Origin: the human T2T-CHM13v2.0 reference genome, Homo sapiens
Direction: 5' to 3' (one strand)
Assembly: GCF_009914755.1 (NCBI RefSeq)
Contig: NC_060930.1
DNA: 64,000 bases
This document shows, piece by piece, positions 14,689 through 32,210 of the stretch. The position numbers and the translations under genes are program-made. The notes beneath the pieces were generated by a model. The model was not told where the DNA came from and made no database searches. It worked only from the letters and a program-made list of their open reading frames with translations. Each line of letters begins with the position of its first letter. Position 1 is the first letter of the stretch.

Positions 14689-15349
14689 ACTTGGAAGGAA
14701 AGCAGGCTTATCCCATTGTTCTTTTGGTGTTTTTTTGAACTCCAGATCAATATAACATGCGATTGTAGTAATCTGACCAGTCATCTGGAAAGTTCCAGTA
14801 TATGAAAAGTAGATTTGTATTTAAAAAAAAAAAACACCCTTTCATTGAATGCTTTAATATAAAACAAACCTTCCTGACTTGTTTTATAAAAAGAGGAACT
14901 ATACTACATTTGAAACTAAACTGTGGGAAAAAAAATGTGGTTCTGAAGAATATTCTCTGGTCTTAAATAGAGAATATGAAAATCAAATATGATCAGCTGT
15001 CATACACAAAAGTGTATTTTATTAATAAAAATGAAACAGAGCACTGTAAAATAGGAAGTAAACATTTGCTTTACACAAGGTTTTGCTTCATAGTCCTTTT
15101 AAACTTAATCTTCGCCAAAGGCTGAGAAGCGATTCACAGGCCTTTTAAATAGGTGGCTTCACTATCTCTCACTTATTTCTATTGATGTATTTTGGCTGGG
15201 AAAGAGAAATGCTTATATTCAATATCTATGGAATTGAGAATTTGAATATTATCTTTATCAAAAAAGATAAGGCATATGACATTGAGTATTAATAGATCAG
15301 AAATATTTATTTGATTGACAACTCAGTTACTTTTGCTTCTCCAATGGAC

Positions 15350-15750
15350 ACTCCATAAATATTTGAATGCGTCTTATGTCTACTGTGTGCATAGCCTTAT
15401 GCTAATTCCATGAATGCAATGGTGATGTGTTTCCAGCTAACATCTGGAAGCCTTATTCTGCCAAAGATGAGAGATCACGGTACAGAATGTTCCTAATAAG
15501 AGTATTTTATTATCCATCCTGTACTCGTATGGTCCCTGTTCTCAATGACTTTATAGTCTTGTTGATAAGGTTTCAAACATGCAAGTATTGAGTAATATGT
15601 CAGACTGAGTTCTAGAAAACGTTTTATTGACTATGATCAGGGGCCCAAATATAGGACACCAAAAAGAAGGATTTAGGGTGGACAAGTTGTAGAGAAGCTA
15701 AAGGAACCAAGGAAGGTGTCACAAAAGAGGTGGTTTGAGGAGTGTGTGAT
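15350..15750 (-). mobile_element. L2 fragment
   Basis: ATAAATATTTGAATGCGTCTTATGT.. and GGTCCCTGTTCTCAATGACTTTATAGTCT. Confidence 0.5.
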
Positions 15751-15805
15751 GCAAGGATAGGGTAGTAATTCATCTCTAGTCTAAATCAGACCTTATTTTG
15801 GCAAT

Positions 15806-16284
15806 TTTATTAGTCATCAACTACCGCAATAATGTATAACAAATAATGCCCCAAGTCTCACTGGCTGACGCCACAAACATTCATTTTTTTATTCACAGGT
15901 CTGTGGATTGGCAGGGACTCAGCTGATCTTGGCTGGGCTCCACTGGGCATGGCTCCAGGCTCCAGGTCTACTTTGGGCCTGCTTTATATATTTTGTTCTG
16001 GAACTGGCACCACCTGGGGCATAGTCTTCTTACGGTGATGGCGGAAATACAACAGGCCAAGTCAAATCATGCAAGCACATTTAAAGCCTCTTTTACATCA
16101 TTTCCACTAGCGTCTGTTATTCAAGGCAAAGCCTGTGGCTGAGCCAAGCTTCCATGGGGTGAGGAAAAACACTGCACTCATTCTAGTGAGAGCCACTGCA
16201 AAGTCACATGGCAAAGGTCACGGGTGTAGAATTCTGTAACAGAGAGAGAGTGAAGAATGGGAAACAAAAATTCAATGTACCCCA
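15806..16284 (-). mobile_element. MaLR MLT1(G/H-like) LTR
   Basis: CAGCTGATCTTGGCTGGGCTC..CAAGCACATTTAAAGCCTCT..GCAAAGTCACATGGCAAAGG. Confidence 0.7.
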
Positions 16285-17004
16285 GTCACATTTTTGAAAA
16301 AAATAGTGGAAAAATTGCAAACAGTATAGATTAAAAAAACAACAACAACAAAACCTGCACAGTACAGGAACCAAGTGAAGAATGTAGGTGGAGATAATTG
16401 TGTTTAGCTGGCCTGAAATGAAAAGACTAATAGTCACTTCCACCACTATCTTTGAGTTTGCAAGTTTGTGAGGGGCCTAATGCTGACTAGTGGACCCTCC
16501 TGGCTGAAAAAAAAAAGACAGTAGACTGGAGTTAAATGAGAACTCAAGTTGCGAGAAAAATCTTCCCTCTTTGGGAGATAAAGCCCTGGCAGCAAGAACT
16601 GAAGGAGGTAGAGTACTATTTCTGCATCTTCAGGGAGAGCTGCAAGGAGAGGGAGCTGTGTCTTGTCTCACTGAGGTGCCTGGACAAGATGAACATTTCA
16701 GGTCTTTTTCAGTTCTAGGTTTCTATGATGTCAGTGCTACTTCCCTTTCCAAAACCCCACAGTGACCAGGCATCACAGTGCCACAAGTGAAAAGACCCAT
16801 GACTGCCTTTATAAGTAAGTTCTTCTTTTGGTTTCTCTGGCAGGAGGCAGATGGAGGAGGAGAGAAAGGCCAGAGGTCTGTTTTGGGGTTGTTGTCTCTG
16901 GTTGTCTAAGTCATGCCAAGACACCACCCCTTGGAGCCTGGTTCCTGACATCCGGCAGCATGGCATACTTGAAGGGCATGATGTGGGGATAACAACAGAG
17001 CCCT

Positions 17005-17193
17005 GGCTGAGTCCGGTGGCTCACGCCTGTAATCCCAGCACTTTGGGAGGCCGAGGCAGGCGGATCACCTGAGGTCAGGAGTTTGAGACCAGCCTGGTCC
17101 ACGTGACAAAACCCTGTCTCTACTGAAAATACAAAAAAAGTTTGCCAGGCATGGTGGCACACACACACACACGCACGCACACACACACACACA
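17005..17193 (+). mobile_element. 3'-truncated Alu running into a (CA)n repeat
   Basis: Left arm + linker + GGCATGGTGGCAC then (CA)n 17158-17193; rest of right arm absent. Confidence 0.88.
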
Positions 17194-19199
17194 CGCCCCC
17201 ATAAGCATCCCAGTATTTGGAAGCAATCAGTTGATTTTTTTTCTTTTTAGAATTCAGTTTGGTGTTATAGGGACACTGCTAGCCTCAGGCAGTGCCGCAA
17301 GAGCAGATCAAGGCTCTGATTAAAAAATTCCTCAGTTGCTCCCAGCTGGAGATGTCTGCTTACAAAGCCCTTACAAAGAAATGTTTTTCAATAGGCAACA
17401 TTCTCTGGTCTGGCCCCACCAAGGAAGTACAGCAGGAAATCTCACAGGCATCCCGATTGCCATTGCCCTCCTGCTCCCAGACACACACTTGGCCCCAACT
17501 GGCCTCTGACATGCTCCATGGGGAGCAAAATGGACTTGCTCCATTTTGTCCATTGCTCTGGGCTCCACGGTGTTAAGCATGATGGCTTGGAAACTCTATA
17601 TACCCAGTAAATGAATGCTTGTTGAATAACTTAATGAACACACCCCATGTCAGCCTATCTCCTCAATGCACATCCGCCATCCACCTCAGCTCAGGCACCT
17701 CGCTGATTTTCAAAACATGGGCTAAAAGCTACCATAGGGCATCTAATTATACCTTCTGGTGTAGAAGGTGTTCTCTCATAGGAGGCCTTAGCCAAGTTTG
17801 AGAACAAGGGCTTTGTATGGAATGAGCTGCATAATGGACAGCACTGGCTGGACCAGCCATTGGGGGTGTCTCTGGCTGAAATTTAACAAAGTTTCCATAG
17901 ACCTTTTACCAGATTTACTGAGAATGTTGATTTCCTCTATTAAAGCTTAAACGTCAATTCAGGGGAATTTCCCCATAAATGTTGTGAGACTAAACGTGGC
18001 TTCTTGTGGGTTCCACATGGGAGCTCACCAGGATGTTGCCCAGCCTTTGTAAAGGTCTGCCTGGTTTCCTGTACCTAGTGGTCAACGTCAGCAGCTGTAC
18101 CTGTGCCCAGCATTGGGAGGCTCGTCCTCGGCCCTCACCCGGCCATAGGCAGTCAACATCACTAGTTCTCCCCTGCTTAGCACCCAGTGGCTGCCTTTTT
18201 GGCCTCTAAACTTGCTTCCCTGTGTTCTTGATCCCTGAAGCTCACCACTGGTCCACCTGCCAATTACTCACTTTAATCTTATCAGAGTAGATACCCAGGT
18301 TTTACATTTCACCCAACAGAACTTGAGTCCTAATTCTCATTTCCTTCCTTTCATCCATGAGCTTTACATGGGAATTTGCATTTACAGTTATGCCTGTGAA
18401 TTCAGAGGCCTCCCCTGGACCAGGCGGTCATGTGCTGAGTGAGGCGGGTGACCAGCTTGGAAGCCAGGGCGGGAAGTTCGCATGGCCCTCTGGGTGAATC
18501 CTTTGCTTCCCTGCTTTGGAAGACAGCTGGCTGCAGAGCAAGAGTTCTCTTGTGCGAGGCCCATGGCAGTGTCGGACCCTAAATGGCCATTGGAACACAC
18601 CTCCAGGTTTCTAGCTGCACTGGGTAGGGGTGGGTGAAGGAGAACTGAGGGCGCGTCAGCCTCTCCTGCCTGGACAAAAAGGCATGTAGGTCACAGTTCT
18701 CCCCAGGTGTTCTCAAGTCTTGCTTGTTTGTTGTCAAGAGAAGGCAGAATTCTGCCTTGAAAAAAACCTCTGTGATGGCCATTTAAACAGCCTGTGGATT
18801 GTTTCCAGGCCTGAGCACTGCTGGAGGAGGATGCTGGCTTACAGAGGCCTCTCCAAAGCATCAGTCTTTGGACTCCCAGGAGCACTATTATTAGCCTCCC
18901 TTCACATTCAGAAGGCGCCCACCCACAAGAGTGGGTGGATATCAGGGTCTGGGCCCACATCTTCTGACTCCAAGTCTGTGTATCTTGCTACCATGCAGCT
19001 GATTTCCCAGTTGCTGAGTTTTCTCTGTGCACATCTTGATGGCTGATACCTGTAATAACAGAAACTTCGTTCAACTCTCATAAACCCTGAGTCTGGAGGT
19101 CTGGGACATATTAGGCCATACGAGGGGGCTTAGCTTGCTTTCTGTCTCTTTCTCTTCCACCTGGAACATAAGTTGTCCCCTAGGTGAAGGCCGTCTGCC

Positions 19200-19830
19200 A
19201 CACTGACTGTGTAATCTGAACTTGGAGCCAGAGGTTCTGAGTCTTAGCGCCGCCCTTGCTATTATCTTCCAGCATGATTTTTGGGCTTGTGCTTTCACTC
19301 TACTGAGACTCAGATTCCACACCAATAATAGAGAGATTTGAACTAATGTATCCATTGAGATGGTTTGAATGCATGTTACAGAAAACCTAACTCAAGCAGG
19401 CATAGGCAAGAACTTGAAATAATTAGTTCATGCAATTCATTAAAAAGGGCAGGGGCTTGATCCAGGGGCTTGAACAATATTTCAGGAACTGGTCTGTTCC
19501 CCTCTTAGCATTGCTCTCTTCCTTCCATTTCGGCTTCATTTCAAGGCTCCACATGATGCCAAGAGGGCTGCTGGTTACTCCAGGTCTACTACCTCCCAGA
19601 TGCTAGTGCAAGGAAAAAGAGGAAGATGGCCTCTAACAGTGGCAGCTAAAGGCTATGAAAAATCACTGACTCAGTTGTGTTAAGCGCCCACCCCTAGGCC
19701 AGGCCCCATGGCCAGAGAAATGTGGTACTCCGAATGGACAGGACTGTCACATGCCCACCCCACATATGGGTGGGGCCCATGAAACACACATGGGAAAAGG
19801 ATGTGGGATGCGTGCTTTCCCCCCAAAAAA
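19200..19830. mobile_element. MIR followed by old MLT1(K/L-like) LTR
   Basis: GGTTCTGAGTCTTAGCGCCGCC MIR-like; ATGTTACAGAAAACCTAACTCAAG..GGCTTGATCCAGGGGCT MLT1-like. Confidence 0.5.
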
Positions 19831-19933
19831 GCAGGGCATGGTTGCCCAAAGAATGGCAAATAGGTACTGGGTGTTAAGCTTCATTACTGATTTAATTTTA
19901 TTGTTTGCCAGGTAGAATGTGAACATGCTTTCA

Positions 19934-20244
<311 letters not shown>

Positions 20245-20277
<33 letters not shown>

Positions 20278-20368
20278 GAAGGAAGGAAGGAAGGAAGGAA
20301 GGAAGGAAGGAAGGAAGGAAGGAAGGAAGGGAGGGAGGGAGGGAGGGAGGGAGGGAGGGAGGGAGGGA
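20245..20368 (+). repeat. Polypurine tract (GAAA)n(GA)n(GGAA)13(GGGA)10
   Basis: GGAA x13 at 20277-20328, GGGA x10 at 20329-20368 (counted). Confidence 0.95.
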
Positions 20369-20510
20369 ATTAAAAAGAAAAGCGTGCTTTTTCCATCCTA
20401 TTCCCTCATACTCCTTAGAGGAAAACAACTACAAGATTTTTTGGATTTTTCTTCCCATGTTTCTTTTTGTAGAGAGAAGCTCAAGAAGCTTGTCTTTGTA
20501 GAGACAATAT

Positions 20511-22310
<1,800 letters not shown>

Positions 22311-22325
22311 CTTGTTCAGATATAA

Positions 22326-22608
22326 TTTTTTTTTTTTGAGACAGGGTCTCACTCTGTCATCCAGGCTGGAATGCAATGGTGGGATCTCAGTTTACTGCAG
22401 CCTCAACCTCCTGGGCTCAAGTGATTTGCCCACCTCAGTCCCCAGAGTTGGTGGGACTACAGGCATGCACCACCATGCCTGGCTGATTTTTTTTGTAGAG
22501 GTGGGGTCTCACTATGTTGCCCAGGCTGGTCTCAAACTCCTGGGCTCAAGTGTTCTGCCCCCCTCAGCCTCCCAAAGTGCTGGGATTACAGGCACTGCAT
22601 TTGGCCCA
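22326..22608 (-). mobile_element. Alu (J-like)
   Basis: CTGCAGCCTCAACCTCCTGGGCTCAAG J-type motif. Confidence 0.9.
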
Positions 22609-22639
22609 GATAGAATTTTTTTAAACATAGGAGTTATTG

Positions 22640-23520
22640 TAGAATATATGTAGGCTGATGAGTATAAGCAAGTAGCGAGTTGGGTCAAGAGAGAGAGGAG
22701 ATGGTTGCAAAGTCCTTCAGTAGGCACAAGTGGAGAGGTCTTGGAAAGGAGCCAGATAACACAGATTCAGGAAGTTGGTAGATTTGTTGATGAGAAGAAT
22801 TCTCTTCTGATTTTGTTTTCTGGTGAAATAAAAACCAAGGTCAACAGCTGAGTAGGGAGAGGAAAGAAGATGAGAAATAGTCATCTTGCGCAGGGGGATT
22901 GCGGAGTGAGTTGACTGAGGAACTACCCAGATGGTGCTGGGGCCCACTTGAATTTTATGGCCATACATATAAAGGAAGAAGTAGGCACAGTTATGTGTTT
23001 TCCACCAGCCTTGTACATGGCTTAGGTTTGGGAGCTGACTAGGCAAGGAGGTAAGTGTAAGCAGACTTGGGGTGTTAGCCTCACAAGTATGACAGATGGG
23101 ACAAGGGGTTAAGTGTGGAAGGACATGGATGCAAGGGAGCAGAATGATGGGCCCTGGATCCAAGCTGGGTAAGAGGGACAGATGTGAAAAAGATGATAGT
23201 GCCAATGGATCAGAGATCCCAAGAAATGCTGGAGTCTATGCAAGGGGAAGCAATGACCCTGGATATTGATCTAGGAAATGATCTTGGGAGTGGGTGGATA
23301 AAGTGGGATAGAAGAAAAGATGTCAACAAGGAGATAAGAAACAGAAGGGCCAGAATGTAGGGTGGGTTGTCTTTGTAGTTGTGATGACAGTGGGGGTGGC
23401 AGAGAGACAGTGAGCCAGATCCTGAACTCTTGATGAACAGGGGCAGTGGCTGGGAGGCTAGAGATGACTGCCGTAGCATCATCATCATGTAGATGAGAGC
23501 GGGTAGCCAGTGGCATCTGA
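22640..23520 (-). mobile_element. L2 internal fragment
   Basis: Degenerate purine-rich stretch typical of antisense L2 ORF2. Confidence 0.45.
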
Positions 23521-24350
23521 ATCAATCGTTCTTCAAGGACGTGCAGAATTGCAGCACCAGGAAGTCCTAGTCTGTTACTCCCAGATATCTCCCCACACCC
23601 CGTTTCAGTCTATTTCCCTGGTAACCTTCCAGGGTTGGATTTAATTGTGAAGTCTGAGTCTAAGAGGATTGTCTAAGAGATTTGTCTGTAGAGCTTACCA
23701 TTTCTTAAAACCCAGAGGCAGAGATCATAGACAGCCCTTTATGAGGGGCTGACATGACTGGGATTCCTCTGCAGTGTAGACCAGAAGAATGAATAGTACA
23801 TTCAGTGTCATAATGGAACTCAGAGCCTAGACCCTGAAAGAGTCAAATAGACAAAACCTGGATCAAACCACAGGGATCCCTGCCTACCTGAGCAGCCTGC
23901 CCTGGGTCCCAAATTAAAGCCTCAGCTCTTTTCTCCAAGAGCTCCCAAGAGTTGAAAAACACCCTCCTGCTTCAAGCTTCCTTTCCCATGCAGACTTCTT
24001 GAGAATCCCAAAACATTTGAAGCCAGATTCTGAAGACTATAAGTGTCCCTGCCAGGTGAACTTAACCTGGGCACCCTCGGAAGGCAACACTTTCCTAACC
24101 AGCCCTGTTTAATCGGTGACTCCAGTGTTGCTTTGGCTATGCCACTGAAGTTGATCTTACCTGGGGACCCAAGGAAGGAAGGGTCCCCAGTCTTTCTGAA
24201 GGGAAAATAGATACTGTTAAGGAAATCAGTCTTTCAGGGAGCAGAAATAATTAATGGACTTAGGATGAGGTCCATGTATGAGGTGACAAATGGTGTGTAT
24301 GGGATGTAAGAGCTGGGTATTTACTAAGAATTAAAGGTGATGGTCTATGA

Positions 24351-24700
<350 letters not shown>

Positions 24701-27419
24701 TAGTCATAGCTGTATAATAATAATTTGGAAGTTGACATCTGTCTTTTTGGGGTAGAAAAAAAGTGCACCCTGGACTTGGGATCCCCTGACCCAGCTCACA
24801 CAGGAAGGAGAGGAGAACAGGTGAGAAAGGCCACCTCTGTTTCCATGCCATGTCTCAGGAGGTCCTTGTGAAGGAGAGGCAATGTCCCACCACCAGCTCT
24901 TACTCTCAGGACTGGGTTCCAAGGTTGATGGACAGGGTCTAGACAATAGAGAAGAGGGTAGTGGTGACAGAGCTGAGGCTGGAGACATTCACCCATTCCT
25001 CCAAGTTCCTCTGCTCACAGAGAGAGAAGTGATGCTTGGGGATTACCAGCCCTGAATCCCCATCTGCAAGAGATGCCTCAGATCTTGAGGAAACACGCAT
25101 ACACAAACACGCGGAGAAAGAGAGACACACACACATATCCATATGTTCACAACCACATATATACCCACTCTCATATAGGCATGTCCTCAAATGCACAAAT
25201 CTGGAGTTGCAGCTCTTCTCATCCAGACACAGGCAGCAGCCCAGGACCCTCCGATTGCTCAGTAACCTGAGGTCATGGGGGGGATAAAGGAGCCTTATCA
25301 CTTAGATAACATGTTTTGAACCCAAACACCAACAGTCAATGGATAAATAAAGTATTTTATTTAAATACCAGTCCTTTGATAAATAAAGGCTATCGAAATC
25401 AGCTTGAGGTCTTGGGGACTGAGTCTGACCCAGGCAGAGACCCCGTGGGAAGTCCTCTGGCTCAGCTGGGTGGTCTTGGTCCTGCCTGACTCTGGCCTAG
25501 TTGCCCCGAGTCCTCAGGGTCAGGAGTCAGACCTTGCTCCCCAGCCTGACTTTCCTGTGCCCAGTCTTAGCCCCTGGCACACACTCTCACATCCTTGATG
25601 CTGGTCTCCCACCTTCCTGGGCCCTCCTCACACCCTCACTGCCTGCCCCATTCCTGCTTGGACCAAATGGCCACACTCAGAGCCCGATGAGATCTTGGCT
25701 TTTGCTACCAGACATCTGACCCCTCTCTTTCCTGGCAGGCTGGCCTCCTTGTACAGATCTACTTTCTGGACTCATGTACCCACACAAGCCTGCCTTTGGA
25801 ATGGTAGAGAGTTGACTGTGCTATCATGTTTGAATCTTCAGGGAAGGTCTATTCGGCTGGCCATGAGACATGAGAAAGGCTGCCTTTACCTTTGCGACAT
25901 CATAATCTTCTCATGTAAGTTACTGAAAATACCGTTGTCAAGGAGCTTTCACTTGTTTTCTTCCCTATCATGGAAGTGACCAGAGACAAAGTTGAACTCG
26001 CTCTTCCCTTTTGGCTTGATGCTGACCTGTGGTACCTAGAGGGCATTTATAGAATGTCCTATAAAAATTCTGTAGGGTATTAAAAGAGGATGGGGATAGG
26101 GGGCTCCTCACTGGCCTCATGACATAGTGACATCCCACAAAGGGAGAAGGTGTAATTGTGGAACACAGTATTCAAAATCTGGAATGTTCAAGACATATGC
26201 CTACCATATCTAACAGTAGTCTCTTGGGTCAGACATATCTGGGCATCAATTTCCTCATGTGTACTAGTGGACGTTTTAATATCACCTGTCAGAATCATCA
26301 TAAGGATTAAATGGTGTGATGTGTATGTCTGGTTAGTATCACTCAGTGGATGTTTGTTTCTTTTGTCTTACTGGTATCAGTAGAATGTGCTTTCAGTGGC
26401 ATTGTTGATATACATTCTTAAAAATAAAACCCTTAGGCAAGCTTAGGTGCTTTTTCATATGAAGTGGGCTTGCTCCCATTGCAGGTAGAGATAAACGCTC
26501 TGTCATTTCTGCTGTTCCTGCCGGCAGCTGCGCTCAGGTCTGTGCACGTGGGGGAGACCTTCCCTGGCCTTCCTCAGAACCATCATGTCTGCAGCATCCC
26601 CAGGGCTACAAGACAGCAAGGAAGTGAGGAAGAGCAAGCAACAACCTGGTGCTAAACAAATATCAGCTTACAAGTGACTTGTCTCAGGAATAATTCTTGC
26701 ACCTGTAGAGCAGACAGCCCATATCAGGACCAGTGACTGGGGAATAAACACCCTGAAAGGCAGTCGTAGGACTTACTGACAGCTCTACTGTGTCCACAGC
26801 TGATGTCCACCTTAGAGAAAAAACTAGGTGCTGATGTCCATAGCTTTTAGTCACAAACAGAAAAGAAGCCCACCTCTCGCTTTTCTGTTTCAAAGAGCAA
26901 AATTCTGCAAACACAGTTGAGGGTCAGTGTTTGGGGCAATGCCTAGTGAGGGGTGAGCGTATGGAGGGCTATGTTAGCACCTCCCACCTTGCTCCTGAGC
27001 CCCAGGCAGAGGCTACTCATGTGCTGCCGCTGATGTTGCTTGAATTCCTGAAACATTCTGCAGCACCCTACAGAGAGGTATACATGTAAATTACTTTGAT
27101 CCTTGCCGGATTATTACGGGTGTTACACCCCCACCATTGAAAACTGTTAACAAATCATTTCAGAACCCTCAAGTGGCCCCATTAAGCTGTGATAGGAACA
27201 GCCACGGGCCAAATAACGGTGAAGAAGTTTGTCTTTGGTATCCCCTTGTTATGCCTGCTCTCCTCTTTGTGTGATTTTTCCTCTCTGAGCTAAAACCCAT
27301 CACCCAGCCACGCACAAGGAACTGGTCACCTCATGCTGACCCTGGCCATCAAGCGTCCTCTCCTTAAGGTCCCAGACAAGCCTGCTGCCACCAGATGTTG
27401 TATATCATGACATAAATGA

Positions 27420-27773
27420 GAGGTTGCATACAGACAGCCATAGGTGTGTTTGGTTTGTCTTGCAAAAGTGTTTTGAACAAAAATCAACCATTTGCAGCAT
27501 TTAAGAGATTTCATATAATATCTATATCCAATCCTCTGAAAAAAAAACTTGAAAGATTTGACGTTGGTTGACATTTTCCCATTAGCAACAATTGGTGGGA
27601 GCTAAGTGGTGGCTTCTCTTAGTTGGGTGATTACTGTCCAGTTTGCCATAGTCCTCACTACTCTCTGTTGCTTTTCTTCTCACATGGTTCACATTTATTG
27701 TCAGGTAACTGGCTTTCTTTGTTCCCTCACATAACCCTCCTGGCCCTGTAGGTAACTGGATTTGCAATCACTG
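27420..27773. mobile_element. hAT-Charlie DNA transposon remnant (MER102-like)
   Basis: GGGAGCTAAGTGGTGGCT..TCCAGTTTGCCATAGTCC..GGCCCTGTAGGTAACTGGATTTGCAATCACTG. Confidence 0.5.
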
Positions 27774-28240
27774 CTTTAGATCTTGCAAGCCTCCTCCCTC
27801 ATCACCTGCTTTCATCCAAACTTCGTCAACTTGTGCCCATTTTCTCAAGCTACCCTGTTTTTGACAGCCAAAGGAGCTCTAATAGGATCAGCAAACTTAT
27901 GGAAAAATATAAATGGTCCTTAAGGGTTTGATATCTTTATCAGTTAATTATACCCATGATAATGCTGCTTAAAAACCAATCACAAAATCTCAGCAGCATG
28001 TAGCAGAAGGCATTTATGGAGTTCAGATAGTCAGCCCACGAGATGAAGGCTGGCTCTAGGCTGGGTTCAGATTGGGGATGGGTTGACTTTGCACCATATG
28101 TTTCTCATATTCTTCCTGGCACAAATGGACTAGCCTGGACATGTTCTTCTCATGATGATGGTAGAGATGAAGGAGAGAAAGTGGAATTAATACACCTTGA
28201 TTTCTGCTTCATTCCATGGGCAAGAAGTCACACTACAAAC

Positions 28241-29309
<1,069 letters not shown>

Positions 29310-29382
29310 CAAACCCAAGGTCAAGAGGTGGGGGAGTTATTCCCACCCACAGCTCAAGGGCACAGCAAATTTATAAGGCATG

Positions 29383-29991
29383 TGTGAGTAAAGAATTAAC
29401 TCTACCCAGAGAGAGGTCTGACCTTTGCCGTTCACTACTAGGAGGTAACCCCTAGGCTCCTGGAATATCAAGACTGATAGAAATGTCTTTGTTTGTCTAG
29501 GGGCATTGGCCACTTGACAGTCTAAAAATATGATTTGCAATGGAGGCATTTGGTGGAGGTGATGTTAGCTCTGCCTTTGGAGGAACTAGAGAATCATGTC
29601 AGCCACATGGGCAGTAGTGATTGAGCTGCAATAAAAACTCTGGCCACTGAGGCTCAGGTGAGCATCCCTGCTTGGCAATATTCCATGCATATTGTCACAC
29701 ATCATGGCTGGGAGGAGGTACCACTGTCCATGACTCCATGAAAAGAGGATGCCTGGAACCTCCACATTGGACCTCTCTTGGACTCTGCCCTAGGCTTCTC
29801 TTCCTCAGCTGGTTTTAATCTGTATTCTTTCTCTGTAATAAATGGTAACCATGAGTATAACAGCTTTCAGCCACTTCATGAGTCCCTTCAGTGCACTATC
29901 ATACTCAAGGGTGGCTTTGGGAACCCCTCAAACTTGAATTGATGTTGGAAGCGAGGGTCCCCTGACTTAACGTTTGGCCTCAACTCTCACA
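29383..29991 (+). mobile_element. MER77/MER21-group ERVL solo LTR
   Basis: TGTGAGTAAAGAATTAAC..GAGAGGTCTGACCTTTG; GGCTCAGGTGAGCATCCCTGCTTGGCAATA; AATAAA..CCATGAGTATAACAGCTTT; ends CACA; TSD GCATG at 29378 and 29992. Confidence 0.75.
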
Positions 29992-30069
29992 GCATGAAAA
30001 CAAGGTGTGAAAATGAAAGCTGATAATGCAAATTGCCACAATATTTCTCTCAAGTACCTCTGTCTTCAT

Positions 30070-30822
<753 letters not shown>

Positions 30823-31898
30823 GAGGCTTGCTTTACATGGTCCTTGAAGGACTGTGTTGTGCCTGTGGAGAGACTTTCCACTAAGTGCCTCAAATCAAGC
30901 CTGAGACCAATATCTCTGTGTTTTGTTTTTGTGTCACTTGCTGGATTATGCGGTTTCTTCCTCATGTTCAACAAAGGAATTGTTTCACCTCCCTCTTTCC
31001 TCCTTGGCAGAGGATGGACACTCTCTCTACAGGCTTTTAGTTTCTAAGAGAAAAAAAGAAAGCAAAGACAAAGCACGAGAAATAAGAGTTATTTCTATTT
31101 ATTTGGTTCATTCGGTGAACAAACAAGCCCATAACTGGAAAGTACAGGGTGACTAAGAAGTAGCCCTCAGGGAAAAACCTGATGGGAAATTTTATTTAAA
31201 AACACAATTTACATAGCCACACTTTGGGCTTTCCTTCCAGCCCTTCTGTGGTTCTCAATGGCCCATGGGTGTTCAGGCCTTAACGCTGGGGAGTGCCGCC
31301 AGCAGTGGAGGTGTTCGCGAAGGTTCTACTGGCTTGAGGGAAGGGCTGTGGTAATGGGAACCCGAGACCTGGAGGCCAGCAGATAAGAGCTCTCCGCTGG
31401 GGAGCAGAGTCAGAAGGGGCTGAGCACAGAAGGCTTGACTCTCAGCCAGAGCTCAACAAGGGGCAGCTGCTGCGGTAGTCCGTGGGCAGGCCTAGGTTAA
31501 GTGCGTTCTTTTCACTCAAAAGCCCTTCTCTGGAAAGGAGGCTCAGAAGGCACACTTGGGGCAGAGGGGAACCCCCGCCTTCCCCTTTTACAGAACTTCC
31601 TCATCCTGCAGATCAGTCCAGCCAGGAAGTCAGGCTGGGTAGAGAGCTGGGTGCCTGGGAGTACCATGGGTTTTGCCCCCATTGCTGGCAGCAGTCATCA
31701 GGTGAGCTATTTCCAGCCTATCACAAACTTCTTTCTGCCTATTTATGATCCATTCAGCATCTGACAGGTGTCTAAGGCAGACAGCAGAAACATGTTCACT
31801 GGCCCCCCTCCCTCGGGACTTTTTCTTAAAGGGCATGCCTTACTCTCATTTCCTTTTTCTCCTAATCCTCTCTCCTCCCCTGAATTCTCCCATCACTA

Positions 31899-32210
<312 letters not shown>

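Noticed and set aside
22717-23205. 162-aa minus-strand ORF
   Set aside because: Lies within a decayed L2-like region; composition reflects repeat origin
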